Source of the DNA: Candidatus Eiseniibacteriota bacterium
GTDB taxonomy: Bacteria; Eisenbacteria; RBG-16-71-46; CAVPCR01
Direction of reading: 5' to 3'
Length of the DNA stretch: 64,000 bases
NCBI GenBank assembly: GCA_963702435.1
Contig: CAVPCR010000001.1
Coordinates: 672,001-736,000, forward strand
A program made the translations under genes and the position numbers. This document shows, piece by piece, positions 32,730 through 41,798 of the stretch. Every line of letters starts with the position of its first letter. Position 1 is the stretch's first letter. The notes below the pieces were generated by a model. The model was given only the letters and a program-made list of their open reading frames with translations, made no database searches and was not told the DNA's origin.

Positions 32730-34247
32730 ATGTCCGACACCGTTCGCGTGCGCTTCGCGCCCTCGCCCACCGGGCACTTCCACATCGGCGGGGCCCGCAC
32801 CGCCCTCTACAACCACTTCTTCGCCCGGAAGACGGGCGGGCGCTTCATCCTCCGGGTCGAGGACACCGACCGGAAGCGCAGCGATCCCGAGCACGAGGCC
32901 GAGATGATGGCGGCGCTCCGCTGGCTCGGCATCTCCTGGGACGAGGGGCCCGATGTCGGCGGCCCCGTCGGCCCCTACCGGCAGAGCGAGCGCCAGGCGA
33001 TCTACCGCGAGCACGCCGACCGGCTCCTCGCGAGCGGGCACGCCTATCGCTGCTTCTGCACGCGCGAGCGCCTCGACGAGGTGCGGAAGCACCAGATCGC
33101 GCTCAAGCTGAATGCCCGCTACGACGGCGCCTGCCGCACCCTCTCCGCGGAGGAGTCGGCCCGCCGCGCGGCGGCCGGCGAGTCGCACGTCGTCCGCTTC
33201 GCGAGTCCGACCGCCGGCACGACGACGGTCCGCGACTACCTGCGCGGCGAGATCACGGTCGCGAACGACACGCTCGACGATTCGATCCTCCTCAAGTCCG
33301 ACGGGCTTCCGGTCTATCACCTGGCTGCGATCGTGGACGATCACCTGATGGGAATCACCCACGTGTTTCGCGGCGTTGAATGGCTCGGCACCTTCCCGCT
33401 GCACGCGCTGGTCATCCGCGCCTTCGGCTGGGGGGAGCCGATCTGGTGCCACCTCTCGGTCTTCCTGAAGCCTTCGGGCAAGGGGAAGATGTCGAAACGC
33501 GACGTGACCTCGGAGCAGTCGATCTTCGTCCTCGGCTGGAAGGAGACCGGGAATCACCCGGCCACGGTCGGACTCCGTGAACTCGGCTACGTGCCGCCCG
33601 CGATCCTCAACTGGATCGCCCTCATGGGAGCGAGCTTCGGCGAGGACGAGGACGTGCTCGCGCTCGGCGAGATGAGCGATCGCTTCAGCCTCGACCGGCT
33701 GAACCCGGCGCCCGCGCGCGTGAGCTACGAGAAGCTCGATCACTTCAACGGGCTCTACCTGCGCCGCCTCCCCGCCGACGCGCTCGCCGCGCTCGTCGCG
33801 CCCTGCTTCGCCGCGGCCGGGATCGCGCCCGATCCGGCGCGGCTCGTTGAGATCACGCCGCTCATCCAGCCGCGCATCATCACGCTCGACGACGCCGTGC
33901 CGATGGCGGGCTTCTTCTTCCGGGCGGAGGTGCACCCCGACCCGGCCGGGCTCATCGCCAAGGGCACGACCGCCGCGGAGTCGCTCGCCGCGCTCACGGC
34001 GGCGCGGGATCTCCTCGCCGCGCTCCCGGCCTTCACCGCCGATGTGACCGAGCCGCCGCTCCGCGCGCAGGCGGAGGAGCGGGGCTGGAAGCCCGCGCAG
34101 CTCTTCGGCATCCTGCGCATGGCGATCACCGGGCAGGCGGTGAGCCCGCCCCTGTTCGAGAGCATGGCCGTGATCGGCCGCCCGACCACTCTCGCCCGCA
34201 TCGATCGGGCGCGCGCGCTCCTCACGGCAGGCGCCGACGCCCCCTGA
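32730..34247 (+). CDS. gltX: Glutamate--tRNA ligase
   Basis: RVRFAPSPTGHFHIGG (HIGH), LRVEDTD, YRQSER, KMSKR, VSPPLFE. Confidence 0.96.
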   Translation: MSDTVRVRFAPSPTGHFHIGGARTALYNHFFARKTGGRFILRVEDTDRKRSDPEHEAEMMAALRWLGISWDEGPDVGGPVGPYRQSERQAIYREHADRLLASGHAYRCFCTRERLDEVRKHQIALKLNARYDGACRTLSAEESARRAAAGESHVVRFASPTAGTTTVRDYLRGEITVANDTLDDSILLKSDGLPVYHLAAIVDDHLMGITHVFRGVEWLGTFPLHALVIRAFGWGEPIWCHLSVFLKPSGKGKMSKRDVTSEQSIFVLGWKETGNHPATVGLRELGYVPPAILNWIALMGASFGEDEDVLALGEMSDRFSLDRLNPAPARVSYEKLDHFNGLYLRRLPADALAALVAPCFAAAGIAPDPARLVEITPLIQPRIITLDDAVPMAGFFFRAEVHPDPAGLIAKGTTAAESLAALTAARDLLAALPAFTADVTEPPLRAQAEERGWKPAQLFGILRMAITGQAVSPPLFESMAVIGRPTTLARIDRARALLTAGADAP

Positions 34248-34273
34248 TCCCTGCTCGCACCGCCGGAGGACCC

Positions 34274-34660
34274 ATGCATCCACATCCGATCGTCTACTGG
34301 GAGATCGCATCGCACGACGCCGAGAAGACCGTCGACTTCCTGAACAGGGCCTTCGACTGGCAGTTCGAGTACGACGCGCAGACGACGATCCACGAGCTCC
34401 CCGCCGGCGAGGCAGCCGCGAAGTTCGCGGGCGGCGGCGTGTTCACGCTCCGGCGCGCGAAGCTCCCCTTCCTCACCCTCTACATCGAGGTGACCGACAT
34501 CGACGCGCGCGCGCGGCGCATCGAGGAGCTCGGGGGCCACATCGTCGAGCCGCCCTTCGACGTGAGCGAGAACGTGCGGATCTGCCTGTTCAACGAACCC
34601 TCGGGCGTCACGCTGGCGATGCTCGAGCGCCGGCGAAGAGGCGCCGGCCCGGAACCATAG
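34274..34660 (+). CDS. VOC family protein
   Basis: PIVYWEIASHD...LYIEVTDID...GGHIVEPP...FNEPSG. Confidence 0.85.
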   Translation: MHPHPIVYWEIASHDAEKTVDFLNRAFDWQFEYDAQTTIHELPAGEAAAKFAGGGVFTLRRAKLPFLTLYIEVTDIDARARRIEELGGHIVEPPFDVSENVRICLFNEPSGVTLAMLERRRRGAGPEP

Positions 34661-34686
34661 GAACCAGGCGGTCAGCGAGGAGCAAG

Positions 34687-34714
34687 GAAAAGGGGCGGCC
34701 CCGGGGCCGCCCCT
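34687..34714. terminator. Intrinsic terminator between convergent genes (perfect palindrome AGGGGCGGCCCCGGGGCCGCCCCT with A-run)
   Basis: 24-bp palindrome at 34691-34714; the preceding A-run gives a U-tail on the minus strand. Confidence 0.75.
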
Positions 34715-34768
34715 ACGCTTTGCTGCCACCCGGCCGCGGCCGGGTGGCTCGAGGCCTGGTGCCCCTGG

Positions 34769-36391
34769 CTAGCGCGCCTCGATGCGGATGTTGTCCACGT
34801 CCATCCAGGGCTCGCCCTCGAGGTTGTCGATGTTCCCGAACCCGAGCACGCGCATCCCGCCCGTGGGCCCGATCACATTGAACTCCCCGGTCATCCGCCC
34901 CTTGTAGTCCCCGTCGATCCACACCTCCATCCGACCCGAGTCATCGCCCGGGCCCGGATTCACGTGCAGATCCACCCGCACCCGGTGCCACTGCCCGGGC
35001 TCGAACCACTCGCCGCGCTCGAAGCGCTGCTTGAACTCGCCCGGCCGCTCGCCGCCCGGCCGCGACCGGTACGCCGTGCACGCCCACTCGCCGTACTCGC
35101 GCGCCGCCGCGAAGTCGAGCCGCGTCTGACCGTCGCGAGTCATGCCCTCGCGACCCTCGGCGGGGTCGTAGTGGTTGTTCGACTGCAGCATCCAGATGTG
35201 CTTGCCGCCGCCGATGATCTGGCCCGCCAGGGAGTCGCCTTCCGGATGGCGCCGGTAGCGATAGCCGGCCGGGATCCGCATCGAGAACTCGACGCGCAGA
35301 TCCATGAGGCCCTGGTAGCGGGGCAGGAACGTGATGCGCCAGTCGGAGTGGGGACGGTAGACGAGCCGCCCGTAGCGGTTCGACTCCTGCTCGATCATGC
35401 GCAGGTTGGTGTCCGTGTTGCGCCCGAGCCAGCCGCGGAAGGGATCAGACCCCTCGAAGTCCTGCTCGAACACGACCGTCCCCGCGGGCGGCGGCGGCGG
35501 CGGCGGCGGCGGATCGAACGGCGGATCATCGGGGTCGGGCGGCGTCCGCGAGCCGAGATTCTCGATGCGGAGGTAGCGGAGGAAGACATGCCGATCGCCG
35601 CGCGGCACGTCCCAGCTGCCGACCTGGAAGAAGCGCAACGGATCGGGGTTCTCGCTCAGATCGAGCCCGGTCCAGGCGTAGATCCGGCTCCCGACCTGGA
35701 TGCGCATGGCATCCTCGTGGAGGCCCGGCTCGCGGAGAAGCACCGTCCAGACCACGTGGTTCCAGCCGTGATCGAAAGCCCAGGGCATCTCGAACTGGCT
35801 CTCCGAATCCCGAGTCTCTCCGTCGTCCAGGCGGGACGTGACCTGGACTCGCCAGGCGGACTCCGGACTCAGGTTCAGGTCGAAGCGCGTGAAGGTCGCC
35901 GGATCCGCACCCGCCGTCGAGAGGAGGCTGACGACGTTCGTGCTCGCCACCTCCTCGCCCTCCTGCCGGTAGAAGGGAAGGCGCGGCGGAAAGTAGAGCT
36001 GGAAGCGCGCCCGGAGGAGCCGCACTCCCGCGAACTCGGGGGAGCGCGCCTGGTTGGCCACCGGCGTGAACTGAAGATACTTGCCGTAGGTCTCGAATCC
36101 CGCCTGCTCCTCGTGGAGGACACTCCAGCCGAGCCAGTCGGCCCGATCGAGGAACACGATCTCGCCGGGGGTCGGATCGACTGCTTCCAGGTCCGAATCG
36201 GGCGGCTCGACCCCGCGGGCGGCCACTCCGGCCACGTCCTCGGGGCTCGTCTCGAGGTCGAGGAACGGGCCCTGTCCCAGCTCCGGCTGCTCGGTCGGGG
36301 AGTCCGAGGGCGGCGCCGGCGCGTTGGTTTTCGTGGTGCACGCCAGTGCGATGCAGATCAAGGCAAGGGCAAGACTGCGCTTCAAGGGCAT
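34769..36391 (-). CDS. Lipoprotein B: module X + Pro9 linker + polysaccharide-lyase-like (jelly-roll) module Z
   Basis: MPLKRSLALALICIALAC lipobox; Z has GGKH and GQWHRVRVDLHVNPG..DSGRMEVWIDG, reminiscent of PL14/heparinase-I-like folds. Confidence 0.8.
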   Translation of the reverse strand: MPLKRSLALALICIALACTTKTNAPAPPSDSPTEQPELGQGPFLDLETSPEDVAGVAARGVEPPDSDLEAVDPTPGEIVFLDRADWLGWSVLHEEQAGFETYGKYLQFTPVANQARSPEFAGVRLLRARFQLYFPPRLPFYRQEGEEVASTNVVSLLSTAGADPATFTRFDLNLSPESAWRVQVTSRLDDGETRDSESQFEMPWAFDHGWNHVVWTVLLREPGLHEDAMRIQVGSRIYAWTGLDLSENPDPLRFFQVGSWDVPRGDRHVFLRYLRIENLGSRTPPDPDDPPFDPPPPPPPPPAGTVVFEQDFEGSDPFRGWLGRNTDTNLRMIEQESNRYGRLVYRPHSDWRITFLPRYQGLMDLRVEFSMRIPAGYRYRRHPEGDSLAGQIIGGGKHIWMLQSNNHYDPAEGREGMTRDGQTRLDFAAAREYGEWACTAYRSRPGGERPGEFKQRFERGEWFEPGQWHRVRVDLHVNPGPGDDSGRMEVWIDGDYKGRMTGEFNVIGPTGGMRVLGFGNIDNLEGEPWMDVDNIRIEAR

Positions 36392-37600
36392 CCTTTTTCC
36401 CTCCAGGCGCGGATAGGCACCAACTCTCATCACGCAAGCCGCGCCGACATCGGGGGGAAGCTCTGGCTCCGGCTCGCGAGTGGAGAGGCGCGAGGGCCTT
36501 CCGCGCATTCTCTCGGGGTCTGGCCTGATCGCCCCCCTGGGCTGGGGGCGACGAACTGATGTTTTCCCTGCGCGAGTGGAACGCCGCTCGTAAGCCTCTG
36601 GCCGCTGCGAGGGATTGAAGCAGGGCGGGCAGGTCCGAGGACGACCCACGAGATGCTGCCGTCCCGTGGGCAGGGGCAGCGCGTCATTATAGGCGGGCGG
36701 CTCCCCGATCCGTCAACCCCCCAGGCACCCCTCGCGAAGTTTTTTTTCGGGGCGGCAAAGGACAGGCGGGGACGGCCCCCCGGCCGCCCCCGCCTCGTCC
36801 CGGCACTCGCCGCCCGGGGCACCTGCCCAAGGGCAGCGCCCCGACCGGCTCCGTGTTCGTTACCGCGCCTCGATGCGGATATCGTCCACGTCCATCCAGG
36901 GCTCGCCCTCGAGGTTGTCGATGTTCCCGAACCCGAGCACGCGCATCCCGCCCGTGGGCCCGATCACATTGAACTCCCCGACCATCCGCCCCTTGTAGTC
37001 CCCGTCGATCCACACCTCCATCCGACCCGAGTCATCGCCCGGGCCCGGATTCACGTGCAGATCTACCCGCACCCGGTGCCACTGCCCGGGCTCGAACCAC
37101 TCGCCGCGCTCGAAGCGCTGCTTGAACTCGCCCGGCCGCTCGCCGCCCGGCCGGTGCCGGTACGCCGTGCACGCCCACTCGCCGTACTCGCGCGCCGCCG
37201 CGAAGTCGAGCCGCGTCTGACCGTCGCGAGTCATGCCCTCGCGACCCTCGGCGGGGTCGTAGTGGTTGTTCGACTGCAGCATCCAGATGTGCTTGCCGCC
37301 GCCGATGATCTGGCCCGCCTGCGGGTCGCCTTCCGGATAGCGCCGGTAGCGATAACCGGACGGGATCCGCATCGAGAACTCGACGCGCAGATCCATGAGG
37401 CCCTCGTAACGGGGCAGGAACGTGATGCGCCAGTCGGAGTGGGGATTGTAGTTGAGTCGCGCGTAGCGATTCGATCCCTGCTCGATCACGCGCAGGTTGG
37501 TGTCCGTGTTGCGCCCGAGCCAGCCGCGGAAGGGATTCGACCCCTCGAAGCCCTGCTCGAACACGACCGTCCCCGCGGGCGGCGGCGGCGGCGGCGGCGG
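34772..37600 (-). repeat. Near-identical ~740-bp direct duplication (34772-35512 vs 36863-37600) encoding module Z
   Basis: Sequences align base by base with scattered substitutions; identity begins at the (CCG)n poly-Pro tract and ends at the stop codon. Confidence 0.95.
36686..36716 (-). promoter_or_regulatory. Sigma70-like promoter TTGACG-N19-TATAAT, implying a ~290-nt leader for lipoprotein B
   Basis: Near-consensus hexamers in very GC-rich DNA; A-tract upstream; 19-bp spacer. Confidence 0.6.
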
Positions 37601-37795
37601 GAAATCCGGATCAGGGTCGGGATCGGGATCCGGGTCGGGATCGGGAGGATTGCCCGTGTTGGGGTCGCCCGGCGGATCGCCCGGGTCGACCGGATCCGCG
37701 GGGGTATCGGGATTCAGCGAGTCGAGACAGCCAGTGCCTGTCGTGAGAAGAATCGCCAGCGCCATAACACCCAGGTAGCGATTGACTAGATTCAT
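36860..37795 (-). CDS. Lipoprotein C: (PD)n/Pro8 stalk + module Z
   Basis: LLTTGTGC lipobox-like; PDPDPDPDPDPDPDFPPPPPPPP linker; Z nearly identical to that of lipoprotein B. Confidence 0.85.
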   Translation of the reverse strand: MNLVNRYLGVMALAILLTTGTGCLDSLNPDTPADPVDPGDPPGDPNTGNPPDPDPDPDPDPDPDFPPPPPPPPAGTVVFEQGFEGSNPFRGWLGRNTDTNLRVIEQGSNRYARLNYNPHSDWRITFLPRYEGLMDLRVEFSMRIPSGYRYRRYPEGDPQAGQIIGGGKHIWMLQSNNHYDPAEGREGMTRDGQTRLDFAAAREYGEWACTAYRHRPGGERPGEFKQRFERGEWFEPGQWHRVRVDLHVNPGPGDDSGRMEVWIDGDYKGRMVGEFNVIGPTGGMRVLGFGNIDNLEGEPWMDVDDIRIEAR

Positions 37796-37873
37796 GCTCG
37801 TCTTCTCTCGGTGCAGGATTCACAGGATCGCCCACATCACTGCGGACGGCGAATGAGGAGGCTCCGGATGCAA

Positions 37874-37889
37874 AGCAAGTTGAATGCCC
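37874..37889 (-). promoter_or_regulatory. Candidate sigma-54 promoter GGGCATTCAACTTGCT (GG-N10-GC) for lipoprotein C
   Basis: Exact -24/-12 spacing with TTGC, about 80 bp upstream of ATG 37795. Confidence 0.5.
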
Positions 37890-38324
37890 CCGCAGCGACC
37901 GAGGTCGCGAGCAGCTCAACTCACTGCACAAAGTGGCGTACAGGGGGGCGGAGACCACGAACCGTCTCCCTCGGCCGGGGGCCGGGTACTACCTAATGCA
38001 AGTGCGGCCATCGCAAATTGAATCGTCGCTCGGGCGGCAGTGCTTGAGCGCAAGTGCGCAGCCGAATCGATGATGTTCGCGACGCCACCGCGCCGCCCGT
38101 GCCCGGAGCCGGCCGCCGCGGGGGAGAGGCGCAACTCCGATGGAACCGGCGTTGCGAGGCGGCAAATGACCCCGTTCGATGTGTACCGTGATGTGGCGCG
38201 GAGAGAACCATCCGGCGGCGGAGCAGGTCAAGCGCATTCAGCACGGGAATCGAGCCGGCGGCGCACGCCGGGCGCGCGCCGGACGCGCGCTGGTCGAAAC
38301 TTGTCCGCTCCCGGCGAGAGGACT

Positions 38325-38999
38325 ATGATCTGCACCATGCAACTGCAACACACACGTCCGCACCACGCAGCACGTCGTGGACAACCATGTGGATATCCGC
38401 GACCTGCCGCAGAGCGCGCGCAGCGCTGTGCGACCCTCCTGGTTTTGGTCGCTGCGGCGCTGGCGGCGGCCGGCGCGAGCGGGCCGGGCGGCACGGCGGC
38501 GGCCGATGCGGCGAGCGATGCGGCGAGCGACTCCCCTCCCCCGCGCCCGGTCGAGGGCATCGACCTCGAGCGCTACGCCGGCCGCTGGTACGAGATCTCG
38601 CGCATCCCGAACTGGTTCCAGGCGGGTTGCGCCCGCGGCACGACGGCCACCTACACGCTCGGCCCCGACGGCCGGATCGAGGTGGTGAACCGCTGCCGGC
38701 GCGCCGACGGTTCGGAGAACGAAGCGCGGGGGGTCGCTCGCGTGGTCGACACGGCGACCAACGCCCGCCTCGAGGTCAGCTTCGTGCGCTTTCTCGGCAA
38801 GTCGTTCTTCTGGGGCGACTACTGGGTGATCGGCCTCGGCGCCGACTACGAGTACGCGCTCGTCGGCACGCCGGACCGGAAGTTCGGCTGGGTGCTGGCG
38901 CGCACGCCGACGCTGGAACCGGGCGTGACGGCGACGATCAACGCCGAGCTGCGCGCGCAGGGCTACGACCCGGCCCGCTTCGAGCCGTCGGCGCCATAG
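38325..38999 (+). CDS. blc: Bacterial lipocalin
   Basis: IDLERYAGRWYEI, CxxTTATY, GDYWVIGLGADYEYALVG, WVLARTP; start uncertain. Confidence 0.9.
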   Translation: MICTMQLQHTRPHHAARRGQPCGYPRPAAERAQRCATLLVLVAAALAAAGASGPGGTAAADAASDAASDSPPPRPVEGIDLERYAGRWYEISRIPNWFQAGCARGTTATYTLGPDGRIEVVNRCRRADGSENEARGVARVVDTATNARLEVSFVRFLGKSFFWGDYWVIGLGADYEYALVGTPDRKFGWVLARTPTLEPGVTATINAELRAQGYDPARFEPSAP

Positions 39000-39097
39000 G
39001 GCGCGGCCGGCGGGAGACGACAAGGCCCGGGGAGGTGCGGCGCGCGCCGCATCTCCCCGGGCCATCGTGCCGCCGGGATGCCCGGAGCAGGCAATCG

Positions 39098-39742
39098 CTA
39101 CGGAACGACCTTCTTCGCCACCATGGACTCGCTCACGATCTGGACCACCTCCTGGATCACCGAGTCGCTGGCGCCGCTCGTGATCCCGGTCTCCGAAAGG
39201 CCCGAATAGACGAGCTTGAGCGAGTTCAGGTCGTATACGTTGGTCTCGAGGTAGTAGTAGTCCTCGACCGAGGTGTACCCGGGTGTGCTCATGTAGTTGT
39301 ACGAGCCCCCGTAGTACCCGTACCAGCCGCCGTAGTACGAGGGGTAGTACGAGGGACCCATGTAGGTCACCGTCGGCGGGTAGTAGGTCTCGACGGTCTT
39401 CTTGTCGAGGAGCCGCGTGATGAGGACGGCGTCCGCCCCGAGCTCCCTCATCTTGGCGATCGCGGTCGCCGAGTCGACTTGGCCTTCGCCCGCGAAGTGC
39501 TGGTAGCTCGGAATCCCGGCGACCCCCCGCTTCTGGAGCACGCTCACGAACTGGTCCTCGTAGAAGCGCCGGGTGCCGGCGTTCTTGGCCAGACCGATCA
39601 CCATCATCTTCTTCGGTGTGGTCTGGTAGGTGTCGTCCTTCCAGGCGGACTTCATGCTCGTCGTGCCGCAGGAAGCGACGATGCTCGCACAGAACACGGC
39701 CAAGCCGAGCGAGATCAGGGCCGTGCGCATCTGACTGGTCAT
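39098..39742 (-). CDS. Lipoprotein (DUF4136-like), Tyr/Gly-rich segment
   Basis: IVASC lipobox; GADAVLITRL, YLETNVYDL..KLVYSG. Confidence 0.75.
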   Translation of the reverse strand: MTSQMRTALISLGLAVFCASIVASCGTTSMKSAWKDDTYQTTPKKMMVIGLAKNAGTRRFYEDQFVSVLQKRGVAGIPSYQHFAGEGQVDSATAIAKMRELGADAVLITRLLDKKTVETYYPPTVTYMGPSYYPSYYGGWYGYYGGSYNYMSTPGYTSVEDYYYLETNVYDLNSLKLVYSGLSETGITSGASDSVIQEVVQIVSESMVAKKVVP

Positions 39743-39789
39743 GGAATGAACTCCTGAAGATAGGGCCTTGTTCGCGTGAAATCGGGGAA

Positions 39790-39818
39790 ACGCTACCGAG
39801 AGCGCCCCATTCTGTCAA
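39790..39818 (-). promoter_or_regulatory. Sigma70 promoter TTGACA-N17-TAGCGT for 39098..39742
   Basis: Perfect -35 and 17-bp spacer. Confidence 0.55.
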
Positions 39819-39850
39819 GGCGACCACGGATCGCGGCCGGGCCGCTCCGC

Positions 39851-40794
39851 CTACACCGCGAACCGCTCCCACCAGCGGGCGAAATGGCGGGCGAGATCGA
39901 GCGCCTGCTCCCGGCCGAGGGCGACCTCCCAGGCGCCGGTCTCGCCGCCCGCGACACCCGCGGGCAGTGCCACACCGCGGATGCGCTCGGCATCCCGCGG
40001 GTCGAAGAGCGCCGATTCGAAGACGAAGGGGAAGCTCGCGCGCGGGATGAAGCAGAGCTCGGGCATGTTCTCGGCCCCGGCCGCCGCGTCGCCCAATGAG
40101 TCCCCCCCGTCCCCGGGCGCGGTGCATGGCGGGCGCCGAGGCCGCGGTCGGCGGCGGCGCGCCGCGCGTGGCGGCCGGGTCCGGCCGCCGGGTGCGCATC
40201 CCCGCCGGGACGACCGCCCGATCGCGCGTCACCGCCGGGCGCCTGGTACCGCGTGAGCATGCGTCCGGCCTCGACCCGCGTCTCCTTCGTGTCGGCGAGC
40301 AGGTACGCGTAGCGCACGCCGCGACGGAGATTCGCGGCCGCGACCGGCACGAGGTCGGCGGCCACACCGTGATGAGCGAGCGCCGGGGCGATGATCCAGA
40401 CCTCGCGGCTCGTGCTCTCGATCGTGATCCGCTGCTCGCGGCTCCACAGGAAGGACGGCAGCGCCGCGGCGACGAGGGCGCTCGCCCGCTCGCCGAAGAG
40501 CTCGGCCTCGCGGCGGATCTGGGCGAGGAGATCGGCCCCGGGAGCCGGCTCGAGTTCCCCCTGTCGCCGATCGGCGACCGGCGGCGCGACCAGCGCGCGG
40601 AGACTCGCGGCGTCGTAGGCGAAGACCTCGGCGATCCTGTCGAGAAGGGCGTCCGAGGGACGCTTGGTCCCGCGCTCGAGATGCGAGATGAAGGCGTTGT
40701 TGGTGAGACCGAGGCGGCGGGCCAGCGCCTCCTGCGACATGTGCTGCGACTTCCGCAGGTAGCGGATCTTCTCGCCGAGAGTGATCTGGGTCAT
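39851..40794 (-). pseudogene. XRE-family HTH regulator with C-terminal domain, split by a one-base frameshift at a G7 tract (40102-40108)
   Basis: N-terminal LGEKIRYLRK...SQEALARRLG...FISHLERG; adding one G joins it in frame to ORF 39851..40096 (ELCFIPRASFPFVFESALFDP...FARWWERF). Confidence 0.7.
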
Positions 40795-40970
40795 CCGCGA
40801 TCCAGGGTGTGAGGCCGGACGCGGGGCACGCCGCGGGCATTGTCGCGCAGAAGGCAGGGGCGGGCAAGCCTCGAAGCGGGAGCGCCCGCCGGGCGCCGCC
40901 GGAGACGGCGACGCCCGCGGCGTCCCCGCCGCGGGCGTCCAGGAACCTCGCTCGCGTTCGGAGCGAGCGC

Positions 40971-41291
40971 TCAGGCGCTGAAGCTGTGCCCGCAGCCGCA
41001 GCTGCCGGAAGCGTTCGGGTTCGAGATCTTGAAGCCGGCGCCGTACAGCCCGTCCGCGTAGTCGACCTGCGCGTTCTGCAGGTAGTTCAGGCTGAACGGA
41101 TCGACGAGCAGCTTGAAGCCCGGTAAGTCGACGACCTCGTCGCCGTCGCGTGCCTCATCGAACTGGAAGCCGTACTGGAAGCCGGAGCATCCGCCGCCCT
41201 CGACATAGATGCGGAGCGCCTTCCCCGTCTGCTTCTCCTGCTCGATGATCTCTTTGACCTTGGCGACCGCCGCATCGGTCAGGTTGACCAT
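40971..41291 (-). CDS. erpA: A-type Fe-S cluster carrier (ErpA/IscA)
   Basis: LRIYVEGGGCSGFQYGF...NPNASGSCGCGHSF. Confidence 0.92.
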   Translation of the reverse strand: MVNLTDAAVAKVKEIIEQEKQTGKALRIYVEGGGCSGFQYGFQFDEARDGDEVVDLPGFKLLVDPFSLNYLQNAQVDYADGLYGAGFKISNPNASGSCGCGHSFSA

Positions 41292-41798
41292 GTTCCCCGA
41301 CTCCTTTCTGCTCGTTTCTGCTCGTGACCGTTCCCAATGCTGCCCGGAGTCACCGTGGACCGCCGCCGGGAGAGCCCGCTCGAACCCCGTCGGCCCGGCG
41401 ATCGCATCCTCTTCGCACCCCGAGTCAGTGTAACAGACCCCGGGCGGCGGCCCGGCCGCGGCCGGCGCGCGGAGCCCCCTTCCCGATGTTGGATCCGGGG
41501 AGGAGCCCCCGGGGTTCACGTCGCCTGGGGGGCCGGGGCCCCGGCCCGCCACCCCCCGGCAGGGGTACCGATTCTGTAAAAATAGAAAGGAAGATATGTT
41601 ACAGTGTTGAGGACGGTCCGGATCCGATTACTGCGGGGAGAATCCGGGGATCCATCGGTGTTAGAATGTCACGACTGGTTTAGACCCCTCGAACGGGCGC
41701 GGAACCGGTAGCAGGCGAGAAGGCGGTCCGTATCCCACCCCCCGCGGTCCGGCCGGCCCTCCACAATCCCAAGGCAGTCGAAAGGTGGTGTCGTCCCC

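Noticed and set aside
34772..37600. Diversity-generating retroelement TR/VR pair
   Set aside because: Differences are not adenine-specific in one copy, both copies are in intact genes, the repeat is much longer than a typical TR, and there is no reverse transcriptase in the window.
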